Numbered from the whole stretch's first letter, positions 47,516 through 61,183 are shown. The stretch: 63,622 bases of DNA, filler included, from Craspedostauros australis (GCA_030167865.1; 10 parts of 10 records of this genome joined end to end with filler, not necessarily neighbours in it); one strand, 5' to 3'. The notes: generated from the sequence alone by a model not told the origin. Numbers and translations are program-made.

Positions 47516-49087
47516 GTGGTAGTGGGAGGCATCTCGGATCTGCACGGAAAGATGGGGTGCCCGAAGGTGCAGCGTGGGGGTGTTCGATGATGAATCCATC
47601 ATCGTCATGGTCACCAATCTATCGCCGAGGGTCGGTGGTTGGTTGAACACGGGACTGATCGCCGATCCACTCACGAATAAGGTACCTGTTCGGATAGAGA
47701 TAGAAGAGAAGGTGGCGTGTCACATGGTGCCCTGGTGTGTTCTGCACAGTCGAATCCATGTGGAATCGTCGAAGAGGGTTGTTGCTGTTGCTCTTGTTGC
47801 TGCTGTTGCGATTGGTGCCGCATGCCGTGCCTTGCCGCATGTGCGGGGATGCGCAGTTAGAGCAGCCGCAGACGTTGTGGATGCGTCATGTTCAGTTGCG
47901 GTTCCCGATCCTGCTGCTTGACATCACCAGCACCAGCACCAGCACCAGCACCAGCACCATCATCAGCACGAACAGTAGAATCGACAATGACAGAACTGGG
48001 GAGCACAACTGCCACGGGGATGCGAGTGATGGAAAGAATCCTCATGATTTGCGTGAATGGATCATGATGTGATGACGAACATGGCGGTGTTGTGGCTTGA
48101 TGATTGCACTACAATCATGATGATCAACTGGATGATGGTAGCGGGATGGTGTGCGCACTGCTCCAATCACCTCCTTGTCTTGGCCTTTGTCCATGCGAGT
48201 GGCGACCAACGATGAGACGTTCTGTGCGTGCATGGGTACGATCATTGTACAAACATGGTGAGGCGCCAAGACGAAAGCGAGGAGAAGCTTCATGTCTGCT
48301 TCTTGTGGTGTTGTTGTGCTGTTTGACGATCGCATCGTTCCAATCGCATCATGTCAATCGCATCATGCCAATCGCATCGTGGTGGCAGGAAGGAGTCTTG
48401 GATACGTTTGTTGTGAATTGAAACACGAGTGGTGTCATCGCCGTCATCGTCATCATCCTCTCCACGAAAGACGAGAAACGCCTCTGATGTCCACCGAAGA
48501 AGTCATCGTGGTGGATTCTCCACATCGTGGATCACTCCATCGGAGTCGTTCGATAACATCCAACTCCCGAAGAACTGTATCGATCGGAGTATAATATAAT
48601 AGTATCGTGGTTGACTCTCCCAAGACCATCACAGAGGGATGTGCCCACTCAGATAACACGACCGATGGTATCACATGAAGAGGCACAACTGTACAGCGTG
48701 GCCAAGTTGGGCATCATCGAAGGTCGTATCGTGTGAGCGAGCGAGCGAACGAGCTAGCCAGCTTCGAATCATGATGTACCTGTCCACGGTCGTATCATAC
48801 CACACCACACCATACACCGTGGTGGAGCTGCGCAAGTCCATGCAAGCGTGTTGACTGACAACACGTTGCTTCGTGATCAATGCGCAGGATCATGGAATGG
48901 AGGACAGCAAACTTGAGCAGATGAGCTCACAATCGCCATCCAAGCGCAACTGATTTGGGACCACAGACTCTACCTACTCTACCTGCTCTACTCGTACGAT
49001 TGAACCACCAACAGGAACAATCAGCAACAACAATCACCAGCAGGAACAATAAGCAGCAGCCGTATCAACAGTGACGACAAGAAAAGG

Positions 49088-50545
49088 ATGAACCACGACA
49101 TGGATACTGTCGTCAACACCAATATCAACAGCGATCATGATCCAGACTTCAAGACTTTCTGGAAACAACTCCATCGAAATGAGCTGTCACCGAAGACCGT
49201 GTTCACTGTGCAGAGTCTTCCAAGACAGCAGATTGAATGCTACAGTATCACACCCAAGCGAATGGAACACTGGGACATGGCCATCGAAGCAGGATTCACC
49301 TTCGCTGACTTGGAATCGATGGTGGAGCGGCACACCCACGTTGCTTTATCACCTTGTATTTTACTGAGCGATAGTTGTCACAGGGGCTACGGGCGGATGG
49401 ACATTCGATCCCTGTATCTGGAATTCGGCTGCGATGACCAATTCGGAGAAGAAGACAAGCAAGTGATTCGCTTCGTACTTCGATTGGCTGCTGAACACCC
49501 ACTCGAATCTTCATTCGACGAAGGCATCTACTTGACTCGGGACTTCGTGAAGATGAAGCAGCTACATGATATCCCTCTTGTGGCACATCGTGTGCATTTG
49601 TATTCATGTGATCTTGTTGATTGCGACAAGCTCATGTTCAACATCTCACAAAACTCGAAGCGGGTTAAGTTTAGTTTCTGTAAGCTCGCCCATGGGGGCG
49701 CTGATTTGTGCAGATGGCTGTCTCCAAACAATTGCAGCGTCACCAAAGTCTCCTTGTTCTGCACCCGTGTCACTCGCGATAGCTTGGCAAAGCTATTTCA
49801 GTCAAACAAGCGCATCAACAAGTTCAGCATCAATTGCTGTGAGGTCCACAATGCCCGACGAATCTGCTCACAACAAGAAATCGACCAGACCATCAAACTC
49901 CTTTCAGATGCATCACACCTGAAGAAGCTCAGTGTTTCCGGTATTTGGATTGGGTTGTCGGAGCCAGAGCAGATGATCATGTTCGACGCATTGATATCGC
50001 TCCTGGGAAACAAGAGCTTGTCATCTCTGACGTGTGATGCTTTTAGGGATCCCGGTATGTTTGAAGCTCCACCCGAGACCCTCTCGGCACAAATGGAAGC
50101 ACTTGAGCAAGCCTTGGAGCAGACTACCCAACTCACCTATCTTGACATTTATCCACGCCCGCCTGACGAACATGCCCATTCGTACGATGCGCTTGTTGGA
50201 CGTATCTTGCGGCGAAATCATCGCAACAAGGTGAGAGCAGTTCTGTGTTCCCTTCCGACATGGTCACGGCCACAGGCCCTGTTTGGGGAGATGCTGATGA
50301 GAACAAGCAAACGTGGGGGTACAATGCATGCAGTGGGTCTAATGGGTACAATGGATCCCATGAGCGAGACTTTCAATGTTCTGTTGCAGGGCAGTGAGAC
50401 GTTGAAACAGACTTGGGATGACAAGAGAGCGGATCGGCTCGTCCGAGTTGATGATGTTTCTGCTTGCAATGTGGAAAAGAAAGACACATCGATGATTGAT
50501 GAGATCCTGGATGGCCTTGGAGTACTCTGTTCGTCGAGTAATTAG
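49088..50545 (+). CDS. Hypothetical protein with RNI-like/degenerate leucine-rich repeats
   Basis: 485-aa intact ORF; VTKVSL, INKFSI, LKKLSVSGI, NKSLSSLTC, TTQLTYLDI repeats, then ILRRNH. Confidence 0.7.
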   Translation: MNHDMDTVVNTNINSDHDPDFKTFWKQLHRNELSPKTVFTVQSLPRQQIECYSITPKRMEHWDMAIEAGFTFADLESMVERHTHVALSPCILLSDSCHRGYGRMDIRSLYLEFGCDDQFGEEDKQVIRFVLRLAAEHPLESSFDEGIYLTRDFVKMKQLHDIPLVAHRVHLYSCDLVDCDKLMFNISQNSKRVKFSFCKLAHGGADLCRWLSPNNCSVTKVSLFCTRVTRDSLAKLFQSNKRINKFSINCCEVHNARRICSQQEIDQTIKLLSDASHLKKLSVSGIWIGLSEPEQMIMFDALISLLGNKSLSSLTCDAFRDPGMFEAPPETLSAQMEALEQALEQTTQLTYLDIYPRPPDEHAHSYDALVGRILRRNHRNKVRAVLCSLPTWSRPQALFGEMLMRTSKRGGTMHAVGLMGTMDPMSETFNVLLQGSETLKQTWDDKRADRLVRVDDVSACNVEKKDTSMIDEILDGLGVLCSSSN

Positions 50546-50852
50546 AACAGCGAATGAAGACAGGATTGATACTCTGGTGCATGTGAGTGTGTTGTTGTAT
50601 GAGTAGGATGGAACAAGGGAGATGGCTGGGTGATTGTGATTGCGTGTTGTGGCTGGTGAGAAGTATGGAATGCCTATTAACAGCAAACGAAAGCGTCCAC
50701 GGAACCTATCTGCGCCACATCACGATGAAGAAGGACACGTCTCGGAACTTGGNNNNNNNNNNNNNNNNNNNNNNNNNNNNNNNNNNNNNNNNNNNNTTAA
50801 TTAATTAANNNNNNNNNNNNNNNNNNNNNNNNNNNNNNNNNNNNNNNNNNNN

Positions 50853-52645
50853 GAGGAGGTGGCATATTGGATGCTCCTGCTCCTCGTGCTGGTGGAGGTG
50901 GCATGTTGGATGCTCTTGCTCCTCCTGCAGTAGGTGTGCCAGCAGTTGGGATGATCTGAGATGGGAGGAGCTCGTTTCCCAGCTCCCCATCAAGTGTCAG
51001 ATCCTCATAGTCGATTGNNNNNNNNNNNNNNNNNNNNNNNNNNNNNNNNNNNNNNNNNNNNNNNNNNNNNNNNNNNNNNNNNNNNNNNNNNNNNNNNNNN
51101 NNNNNNNNNNNNNNNNNNNNNNNNNNNNNNNNNNNNNNNNNNNNNNNNNNNNNNNNNNNNNNNNNNNNNNNNNNNNNNNNNNNNNNNNNNNNNNNNNNNN
51201 NNNNNNNNNNCGGATTTCTTGCACTTCCAGCTCTGACTGCAGAATAGAAGTTGCCTCTGACATGACAGAGTGGACGTCTGTCATGTCAATCGTAGGTGCT
51301 CGCACTGGTGCTGGTACTGGTACTGGTGCCGGGGCTGGGGCTGGGGCTGGTGCTGGTGCCGGGGCTGGGGCTGGGGCTGGTGCTGGTGCCGGTGCTGGTG
51401 TGGGTGCTGGTGCTGGTGCTGGAGGTGCCAATGTGGCTGGTCGAAGGGTCCATTGCGGATGAGTATTGTTGGAGTGGGATGCTGCTGTTGGGATCGTGTC
51501 CGTGTGTTGAGTGTTGGTGTTGGTGTTGGAAATGGTGATGGTGCTGAGATTTGTGTGAGGAAATGTGATGCTGCTGTGGGGGTTTTGGTTGGCACCAACA
51601 GATTCAGGTTTCCGCGCATGAGCATGGACGTCGTCGTCCTCCAAAAAACGGCATGTTACGCCCACACGCGTTGTTTGCTCCTTCAAACGAACAGTGAGAA
51701 TGAGATGTTCATGCTCGCGGTCACTGTTATCTTTCACAGTGTGGCGCAGGATTGCAGCCCCTTTGACAGTGCGACATGGAGTGCCACAGAACCAAGTATC
51801 AATTGGGAATGGCATTGGCACAAACATTTTGCACCGTCGGTCTGCTGTGAAGGGTTCGATTTTACACTGTCCCTCGTGCGCGAGCTTCTTCTGCTCCATG
51901 TCACCGTGCCAGCCACCAAGATGTGATGCAAGGACTTGCGCAACTCCACCGGGTCCACCAAGCGCTTTGGGTGGGGTGTACAACAACACCACAAATGGCC
52001 GTTGTGCTCCATCAACATCATGGTACTGGATTGTCNNNNNNNNNNNNNNNNNNNNNNNNNNNNNNNNNNNNNNNNNNNNNNNNNNGTTGCTGCTGCAGGT
52101 AGGTAGAAGTCAATGCCCAGCATGCGATACGCTTGTCCCACCGGCGTCCAAATTTGTGATGTATGGAACACTTCAATAGTCTTGGGAAAAGCGCAAAACT
52201 CTTTCACCTTGTCCTTCTTGGACATCGCGAAGAACTGCGAGAAGCGTTCTTTGAGCGGGTCTCGGATCATCAGTGATGTGGGTGAGCTGCAGCGATTCTC
52301 TGTGNAATTGGCAGTGACATCCTCAATTTCACCATGGTAGACATCATCATCACTCTCAGACTGCGAACTCTCCAAACTCTCCGGACTCAACGATTCCGAA
52401 CTATCATCCATTTGTAGTTCAGTAGTACACGAAGCGCGATTGGGGCTGTTCTTTCGTGATGTGGGTCTGGCTGCTACCTTGGAGGTGGCAGTGGCCGTGT
52501 TTGGGTGTGTGGGAGGAGATTGTTCGTTGTTGGGAGTCTTCGACGGCTTGGTATTATCGAGCCCATCTGGCGCATCTAATGGGCGCAGGTTGAAGCCAAG
52601 GTTGCCGCTGGCATCAGGATTGAGTGTGCCGTTGTCTGCGCACAA
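50853..52645 (-). CDS. Fragment of a hypothetical protein with a (Pro-Ala)n linker; structure unresolved
   Basis: Long minus-strand ORFs across gaps; PAPAPA tract at about 51305-51425; acidic/Ser-rich segment. Confidence 0.4.
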
Positions 52646-53673
52646 NNNNNNNNNNNNNNNNNNNNNNNNNNNNNNNNNNNNNNNNNNNNTTAATTAATTA
52701 ANNNNNNNNNNNNNNNNNNNNNNNNNNNNNNNNNNNNNNNNNNNNCACCGCAAAATGGACTGCAACCTGGCACGGCAAATGACACAGAAACGAGACAGCA
52801 AGCGCACGCTTGTGAGTTCACAGAAGGATGACCAGGAACCACGAGCAGGTGATTCCTCTATTTGTGTTGGCGATTTGCGTGCATGGAACAGAGACACCGA
52901 ATGCATGACTGTGGGTGTCGCGCCCGTCGGATGACAACGAAAGCGGGTCCAACGCCGAGAAACACTCGGTGCTGTGTGAAGGACATGAACGACGCAGAAA
53001 CCAACGCAGAACCAAACGACCACAGTAGGCGCCACCAAAACCACAAACGCCAACAACAACTCCCATTGGAGTACTATCGATACCACTTGCGTGTTTTTTG
53101 CATCGTCCTGACAGCATTGGTCGTATCAGTCTGATGCGGGGAAATGCTCGTGAACAAGTGCATAAAAACAGCCTTTTTTTTGAGCGACGACTATTTCCCC
53201 TGCTCCCTGCGCATGCGTTTTCCCCTGCGCATGCATTTTCCCTGCACAACTACAATTACCAAGACACAACTACGACATGATTCGGTCCTTACTGAGACAT
53301 GAAATCATATTCTATTTCTAGTCAATATTTCATAGACTAACATCATTGATCACACGAAAGAATCATACAAAAGAAGAAAAGGATGCTTGAATTCAGTTGA
53401 GACCTTAGCTATTTCCCCAATACACTAGTACGAACCTTAATTCTCTGTTGTTTGTTGCTAATTAGTACTAAAATTAAAGTGGAAATGATGCTGTGATGGC
53501 CAAGAGGCAGGATCGTATTCATGTCCTATCGGATATAAAACAGACATAACTAAGACATAAATACGTATGAGAACATGAGATGACCCGGATGTGCAGAGAA
53601 TGTGCAGTTTGCAGGGAAGATGTCGACGCATGCGTGCATGCGCGAGGAATGTGCAGTTTGCAGGGGCGCACGG

Positions 53674-54733
53674 TAAATTGTCCCCAGTAGGCCCAAACGA
53701 GAAGGTACTTAGATAGACCTATAATGTTTTAGGCCTACGGCGCGCGCCAGCCAGTCGAGGAACGCGCCGGCATGGCCATGTGCTCACTATCCGTGTCTCA
53801 CCGAACTGGTAGAGTTACGCGTATTTGTGGTATCATCGATATTCAAATTTGGGTCTATGAAAGTACCATATTACCCACATATAACGTTACGCGCCAGCCG
53901 GCTTTTCTTCGCGCCAGCATGGCTGCGTGTTTTGCATCCGAATACACGTGACTGAATGTCCCCCTCGACGTCCACCTGAATGTCCCCCTTCGCTTTTTGC
54001 CCCCCTCAATGTCCCCCTCAACGTCCCCCTTCGCTTTTTTGTCCCCCTCAATGTCCCCCTCAACGTCCCCCTTTGCTTTTTTGTCCCCCTCCATGTCCTC
54101 CGTGGATCTTTTGCTTGCGGCAGCTTGCATTTGTCATGTGTAACTTGCACATCCGCACGTTAACAATGCGCCGGATTAATGAGATTCCCGACAACTCTCC
54201 TCGCCACACTTACACGATTTTGATGCTGATGTTCGTGCCACCTGTTTCTCTCTCTTCCTCTTGAGCCAACAAGAAAGCAATTGAAGATGAACAACAGCAG
54301 CGATCATCACTCCTGATGACAAAACAACATACTGTCAGGGGACATTCGATGGACACGGAGGAGGACAAAAAAGCGAAGGGGGACGTTGAGGGGGACATTG
54401 AGGGGGACAAAAAGCGAAGGGGGACATTCAGGTGGACGTCGAGGGGGACATTCAGTCACGTGTATTCGGATGCAAAACACGCAGCCATGCTGGCGCGAAG
54501 AAAAGCCGGCTGGCGCGTAACGTTATATGTGGGTAATATGGTACTTTCATAGACCCAAATTTGAATATCGATGATACCACAAATACGCGTAACTCTACCA
54601 GTTCGGTGAGACACGGATAGTGAGCACATGGCCATGCCGGCGCGTTCCTCGACTGGCTGGCGCGCGCCGTAGGCCTAACACATTATAGGTCTATCTAAGT
54701 GCCTTCTCGTTTGGGCCTACTGGGGACAATTTA
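53674..54733. mobile_element. Foldback-type non-autonomous element with ~370-430-bp near-perfect inverted arms
   Basis: 53674 onward is the reverse complement of 54733 backward (TAAATTGTCCCCAGTAGGCCC...) with very few mismatches; inner GGGGGAC tandem subrepeats; ~250-bp spacer; TA at both ends. Confidence 0.9.
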
Positions 54734-55391
54734 CGACCCAGGTCAGTGAGTCGACCAACCGTTTGTAAAGTAGAGTGGCACTTTTTCTTCGATTACCACC
54801 AAACTAAGCATACCAACCTACTCATTATAGTGTCCATAGCAACAGGAAAATTACCCAGAATCTCAAAGTCTATAGTTTAGGTTTTATGGACAATCCAATA
54901 TTTGAGGTCGTATGGGTCAATCACGTGCGTTCCACAATGTAGTTTTTCTGAAAGTTCTTTGCTGTTCTGAGTGAATATCGCAAGGTGCCCATTCACGTTA
55001 GTGTCTCCAGCTTTTTCCTTCCTCCTCGATCGTTTCGAACACGTTAAACAACGTTAGCGGCTCCAGAGTCCATTGACATTTCCCGTTCGTGGACATCACA
55101 CACATCACACACATCACGCACATCATCGCCGCATGCGTATGACCACATCGTCGCCACGCAGACACAAAACTCCCGTCACATTTTGGAGTCATTCCAAAGC
55201 TTCCTCCGCCGATGCAATGCTCATTCTATCTGTTGTGCTGCGGTTGTAGTGTGAGTAGTGAGAGTACTGGTTGCATTGGCAGTTGTGGTCGCTGCTGCTG
55301 CATCCAACACCTCCTCCACTCGCTTTCATTCCGTGTTCTCCAGTGCAATTCGTCGATCAATCAATCAAGCTACTCTGTTACCATCAACACC

Positions 55392-56714
55392 ATGTCCTCC
55401 ACCGCCGCCAAAGCCTCCATCAAGAGTGACAACCCATCTCCTCGTAAGAAGCCTCGTTCCTGTGCTGCCCCTCTCGATTCTCCGTTTGATTCCGATGGCA
55501 ACTTGGCACCTACTCGTGAGCAGCTGTTGCCTGACAAGCTGTCTGCTGGATTGCGGAAGCTAACCAACATCACTCATGCGATCGAGGTGAAGCCGATGCT
55601 TCCAGTGGACAGCAACCTTGTTCCAACTTTGGCGCATGTCGATGCTGCCAACTTGCGCGTCGACGTGCGCCTGTCCAGTGTGGCTGGTGTCATTTTTGAC
55701 ACACCGACGGTCACACTGCGTACGGTGGGACAAGGTGTCGGTGCTATCACAGTGGTGGACGTCAGCGTGAACGTGCCACCTCCCGTCGAGTCTCCTGCCA
55801 AACCGACTACCCGCGCAAGCACTTCACGACACGCAAACGCTGTCGCTGGAGGCTCTTGCGCTCATGTTGATGTTGACAGCGACGACGACTACGTGGATGG
55901 CCGTGATCGCAGGAGGAAGCGAACAGGTCGCAACAGAATCATCAAGAAAACGGTGAGAGGATGGCGTCGCGATGCGTTGGCCGGCGTCGCAGGGTTGGTT
56001 AAGTCTGGTCTATCTCCAAAAGTGTTCGACTCTATGCCGAAGACGGGCTTCGTACTCGGTGGAAAACACGATAGGCAAGTCTGGAGCAACATCAAACGGC
56101 TGTGGGCACCAATTGCTTGTGCGCTCTGGGATGTGTTGCTCCCAAAAGCAGCCACACCGACTCGCCAGATGCATGAGGTGGTGCAATTCGTCCGAGCTGG
56201 GCAACCACTGCCACCAATGAGGCTTGCACCTAATCTGTACCGCATATGTGTTGGAGGGAGCAAGGTCATGCACCTCTGCGCGAGAGCCGTTCTCGCGCAG
56301 TCTGCGTCTCCAACAACATGCACAGACATTCTCACTGGATACGCCAATGGATTGCCGGAGGAAGAACGCGTGCGTGTACATGGTAATCGATTAACTGTCA
56401 CTAAAAGCCAACATAACACATTGCATCGTTACCACGACATGTTGAGCGACGGGGAAACCATTCCTCCCAAAGTTCTTCAATATCGTGTGACTGCGTGTGC
56501 TTTGTCTGGTGTGGTGTCCTTTCTCTGCACTACGACCACGTACAAGGCTGGCTTGTGCCACGAAGTGGAGTGGGAAGGAGTCGTATTCGGGAATGTTCCT
56601 GTCTTCGATCGTAGAGGAAAAAGCATCATGGCGCTATTCGACATGTACAAGACAACCACCACCAACCCAGTGGGCAAGCCAGCATTTAAGGAGATGACGA
56701 AGCTACTAACACGA
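55392..56714 (+). CDS. Long ORF, 3'-truncated; possibly the transposase-like protein of a family X-related element starting at 54735
   Basis: Over 440 aa open from ATG 55392, with NLS-like PRKKPR and RRRKR. Preceded by TA|CGACCCAGGTCAG, resembling the X TIR. Catalytic domain not visible. Confidence 0.5.
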
Positions 56715-56814
56715 NNNNNNNNNNNNNNNNNNNNNNNNNNNNNNNNNNNNNNNNNNNNTTAATTAATTAANNNNNNNNNNNNNNNNNNNNNNNNNNNNNN
56801 NNNNNNNNNNNNNN

Positions 56815-59800
56815 ATCGGATCCACCGAAGGGCATCAACGCGTCCACACTCCATCGCATGTTGGGACACGCCCCACTTGAGGCAATGCAACGAACTGCGT
56901 CACATCACGGATGGAACATCATCGGCACCATGCCACCATGCAAGCACTGCGCCATCGCCAACGCACGAGTGAAGAACGTCCCGAAGGCGACCATCGCGAG
57001 AGCATCGCGACGATGTGAGCGATTCTTCATCGACATCAGCTACACNNNNNNNNNNNNNNNNNNNNNNNNNNNNNNNNNNNNNNNNNNNNNNNNNNNNNNN
57101 NNNNNNNNNNNNNNNNNNNNNNNNNNNNNNNNNNNNNNNNNNNNNNNNNNNNNNNNNNNNNNNNNNNNNNNNNNNNNNNNNNNNNNNNNNNNNNNNNNNN
57201 NNNNNNNNNNNNNNGGAGACAACAGCGGAGAGAACAAGGCATCGGAGGCCCATCTGCTCGAAGCCGGATTCGACGTCTCATTCGAATACACGGCATCCAA
57301 CACGCCACAGCAGAACAGCAGAGTGGAGCGCAAGTTTGCATACTTGTACACGAAGATGCGATCCATGCTGAATGGCGCCCAGCTCAACGAGGAGCACAGA
57401 CATGGTCTATGGGCTGCAGCANNNNNNNNNNNNNNNNNNNNNNNNNNNNNNNNNNNNNNNNNNNNNNNNNNCAGACATGGTCTATGGGCTGCAGCAGCCA
57501 ACGTCGCGACCGCGGTCGCCAACATCACCGTGGCAAAGGGACAGACCAAGTCGCCGCACAGCCTATTCTTCGGAGAGGATCCGAAGTACGCGAGCGGACT
57601 CCGTACCTTCGGCGAAGTCGGAGTCGTCAAGACAGCCTATGGAGGCATGACGGCGAAACTTCAGAACAGAGGCGAGGCGATGTTGTTCGTCGGATATGCT
57701 CCACAGCATGGATCCGGCGTCTACAACATGTACCGCCCATCCACCAAGTCCATCGTCTGCACCAGAGACGTGAAGTGGCTCAACAGATCGTACGGGCACT
57801 TCAAGGGTTGGACCTACAGCACGGACGATGGGAAGCCGGAAGGGAGTCAGATCGTCGCAACCAATGCCGAGCACCCAACGGAGACTGATGATGATGGATT
57901 CATCCTGGTCGGAAGGGAAGGGACAGCGCCGTCCCGCACAGATCGAGCCAAGCCGAAGCGACGCTCCGTGTCATTCGCCGACGCGAACTCCTACCACGTC
58001 CTCTCAGATGACGACGATGAAGACGATGACGACACCAACAACAACACGAGTGCGAAGGAGGACTCACCAGGTCTCGCGAGCGAGACGACGATCACACCAG
58101 TGGACGAAGGGACTGTGTCCGAAGAAGAGGTTGACGCGATTCCAGTCGACGACGACACAGTGACCGACATTGAAGATGTCGCCCCACCGAGTGTCCCGCC
58201 AAGCATCCTCCGCACTCCGCCAACATCACGCAAGCGTTCGCACGAAGCGAACGACGATTCGAAAGCTAGTCGCACCACGACTGTTGATCCCCCACGACAG
58301 CCAAGCAAGCGCGATACCACTCGCAGCGAGCGACAACAGCGATACATCGAGCGAAGCAAGCATCAAGCAAAAACAGATGCGAAGTCGCGTGCGTCGCTGC
58401 CATCCAACGTGAAAGGAAACAGCGAATTGCGCAACCTTGCAAACTACAACAAGCCAGGAAAGAAAGAGAAGCATGAAGGCAAGCGGTTCACTACCAACCT
58501 ATCCGTCTTCAATAGGGGAAGCGACACCGACGACGACAAGAGCAACACAGACCACGATCAAGACAACAGCGAGGAGACCAACGACGATCACGAAACCAAT
58601 GATGACACCACCAACGAGAATGAGGAGAACGACGAAACTACAGACGACGAAGACAGCGACTCTCCTCCATCAGACATCACCAACGCAGTCACAGACGCTC
58701 TATTCGGTAACAACGCAATCAGCACCGACGATTTCAAGATAGAGATCTGCGCAACCACCGAAGATGAGACAGGAGAGACATCGACGCACATCGAGCCATC
58801 AACCTTCGACCAAGCATTCAACCATCNGAATGCAACACACNNGAAGGGCTACAGAGCTGCCATCGCAAAGGAGTTCNGTTCGATGGATGCTCGATCCGTC
58901 TACAGCAAGATCAAGCGCTCATCGATTCCAAGAGACCGCAGATGCTGCAAGTGCAAATGGGTGTTTAAATTAAAGCGCAATGGAACCTATTGAGCGCGTC
59001 TGGTGGCGTGTGGCTACTCGCAGATCGCAGGAGTGGACTACCAAGAGCACCACTCGCCTGTCATCCACGACGTCACGTACCGTGTGATGATGGTGATCAT
59101 GATGCTGCAGAAGATGGACTGCGCACTCGTGGACGTCGTCACGGCATTCTTGTACGGCGACCTCGAAGAAGAGGTGTACATGAATTGTCCAAGCGGAATG
59201 GACAGCACACCGGATGAAGCGCTGCTGCTGAACAAGCCAATCTACGGGCTGGTCCAGAGCGCACGCCAATGGTACAAGATGCTGGTGTCAACGCTGAAGG
59301 GAATGCGATTCGACCAGAGCGCGGCTGATCCGTGCCTTTTTCATCGCAAGACGAAGAACGAAACAGTCATCGTGGCGATCTACGTTGACGACTGCTTCTG
59401 CTGCGGTCATCAGAAGGCACTCGAGCAATTCATGATCGACATCCAGAAGAGCAAGTTCAAGGTCACCATCGAGAAGGGTTTGGGTGACTACCTCAGCTGC
59501 AACATCCAGCTCAACGCAGACAAGACNNNAGCCGTCCTACGCCAGCCACATCTGATCCGAAACCTGATCACCGAGTTTGGTGCAGAGGTGGAGAAGATGC
59601 AGCGCTACGCGACGCCAGGGACGCCAAGCCAGAGCATCGTCCGCCCATCCGAGGAGAACGGATTGCAGAAGGTAGATGCAGCAGAGCATGCTGACTACCG
59701 CAAGGGAGTGGGAATGCTTCTTTTCCTGATCAAGCATTCGCGTCCCGACATCGCCAACCCTGTCAGAGAGCTGACGAAGGTACTCGATGGACCGACCAAG

Positions 59801-60916
59801 GCTGCAACCAAGGAGATGCGGCGTATCATCAAATACGTCATCGACACGAAGCACTACGGNNNNNNNNNNNNNNNNNNNNNNNNNNNNNNNNNNNNNNNNN
59901 NNNNNNNNNNNNNNNNNNNNNNNNNNNNNNNNNNNNNNNNNNNNNNNNNNNNNNNNNNNGGCGGATTCATTCTCTACCTCTGTCAAGTCCCTATCCTCTG
60001 GCGATCCAAGGCGCAGAAGGCAGTGACCCTCAGTTCATCAGAGGCAGAGTACATCGCGCTATCCGAAGCGGCAAAGGAGATCTTCTTTGTGATGCAACTC
60101 CTGGAGAGTGTGGGAGTGCCAGTGAAGACTCCAATCACCGTAAGAGTCGACAATGTTGGAGCCATCTTCATCGCAAAGAATCCCTCAACATCGCAACGCT
60201 CCCGCCATATCGACGTACGCCATCATTACGTCCGCAACATGGTGAACGACAAGCTCATCGAAATCGTCTTCGTCAAGTCAGAGAACAACCGAAGCGACGG
60301 CTTCACGAAGAACATCAAGTCAGAGCTACAGCGCGAACACGAGAAGACTTACCTACACACTGGCGACAGCAGCGAATGACTGACGCCTACAGGAAGGGTG
60401 TCGGAATGTGTGTACTCGGATGTGTATGCATCAGTCACACTTGCTTGCCGCCATCTAGACTATTCGGTGGCGGAATCACGACACAAAACTATGACGTCAC
60501 AGGGACACCATCGCTGTACCACGAAGACACCGCGATACTACGACGCCAGGACACCGCGATACCAGCGGATACCACAGTATCCATCACACGTGACGTCACA
60601 TCAAGATCTTAACTACCAGGTCTACAGGAATGAAATATGTTGTGAATATTTCATCAGATTCGATCAATCTATTGGAGCGAAACCAGACGAAGGTGTGACG
60701 TCACGACGGGATGACAACAGCATTAGAGTCAAACGAGTCAAACGAGTCAAACGAAAAGATAGGCTCAACAAGGAACCAAGCAACAAAACAACCGGTTGTG
60801 TGCTGACAGCAACAACAGCAGCAGCAACAGCAGCAAGAACAGCAACAGCAGCAAGAACAGCAACAACAGAAACAGCAACAACAGAAGACATAAGTCGACT
60901 TCAAATAAGACCAACA
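56815..60916 (+). mobile_element. Ty1/Copia LTR retrotransposon, 3' portion: pre-integrase, integrase, RT, RNase H, PPT, 3' LTR
   Basis: HRMLGH..CKHC, DNSGEN, TPQQNSRVER, CKWVFKLK..Y*ARLVACGYSQ (single TGA at 58991), YVDD, SSSEAEYIAL, HIDVRHHYVR. pol stop at 60379; PPT AGGAAGGG at 60391. Confidence 0.95.
60399..60916 (+). repeat. Putative 3' LTR (518 bp)
   Basis: Starts TGTCGG right after the PPT and ends CCAACA. The end is inferred because the partner LTR is not in the window. Confidence 0.65.
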
Positions 60917-61183
60917 TCGTAGTTACAACAAACCAACATCATCTACTGTGGATTCTGAGTTAGTTCTAATAGTTTATCAGCCTTTCTGCTCTGTCTGACG
61001 GGGGGGGATTGGGTTGTACGTGATATCCAAGCGAAGCATCGAAGGAGGCCGAGAGTAGCGACAGACAGCGAAGAAACGGCGAAGCAACGGTGCAGCGAAG
61101 GATACGACCGACAACCGACCCAACACGCGAACAGAGAGACAACGGTGACGAGCAAGAGAACGGTACAGACAACAGGCAAGACG

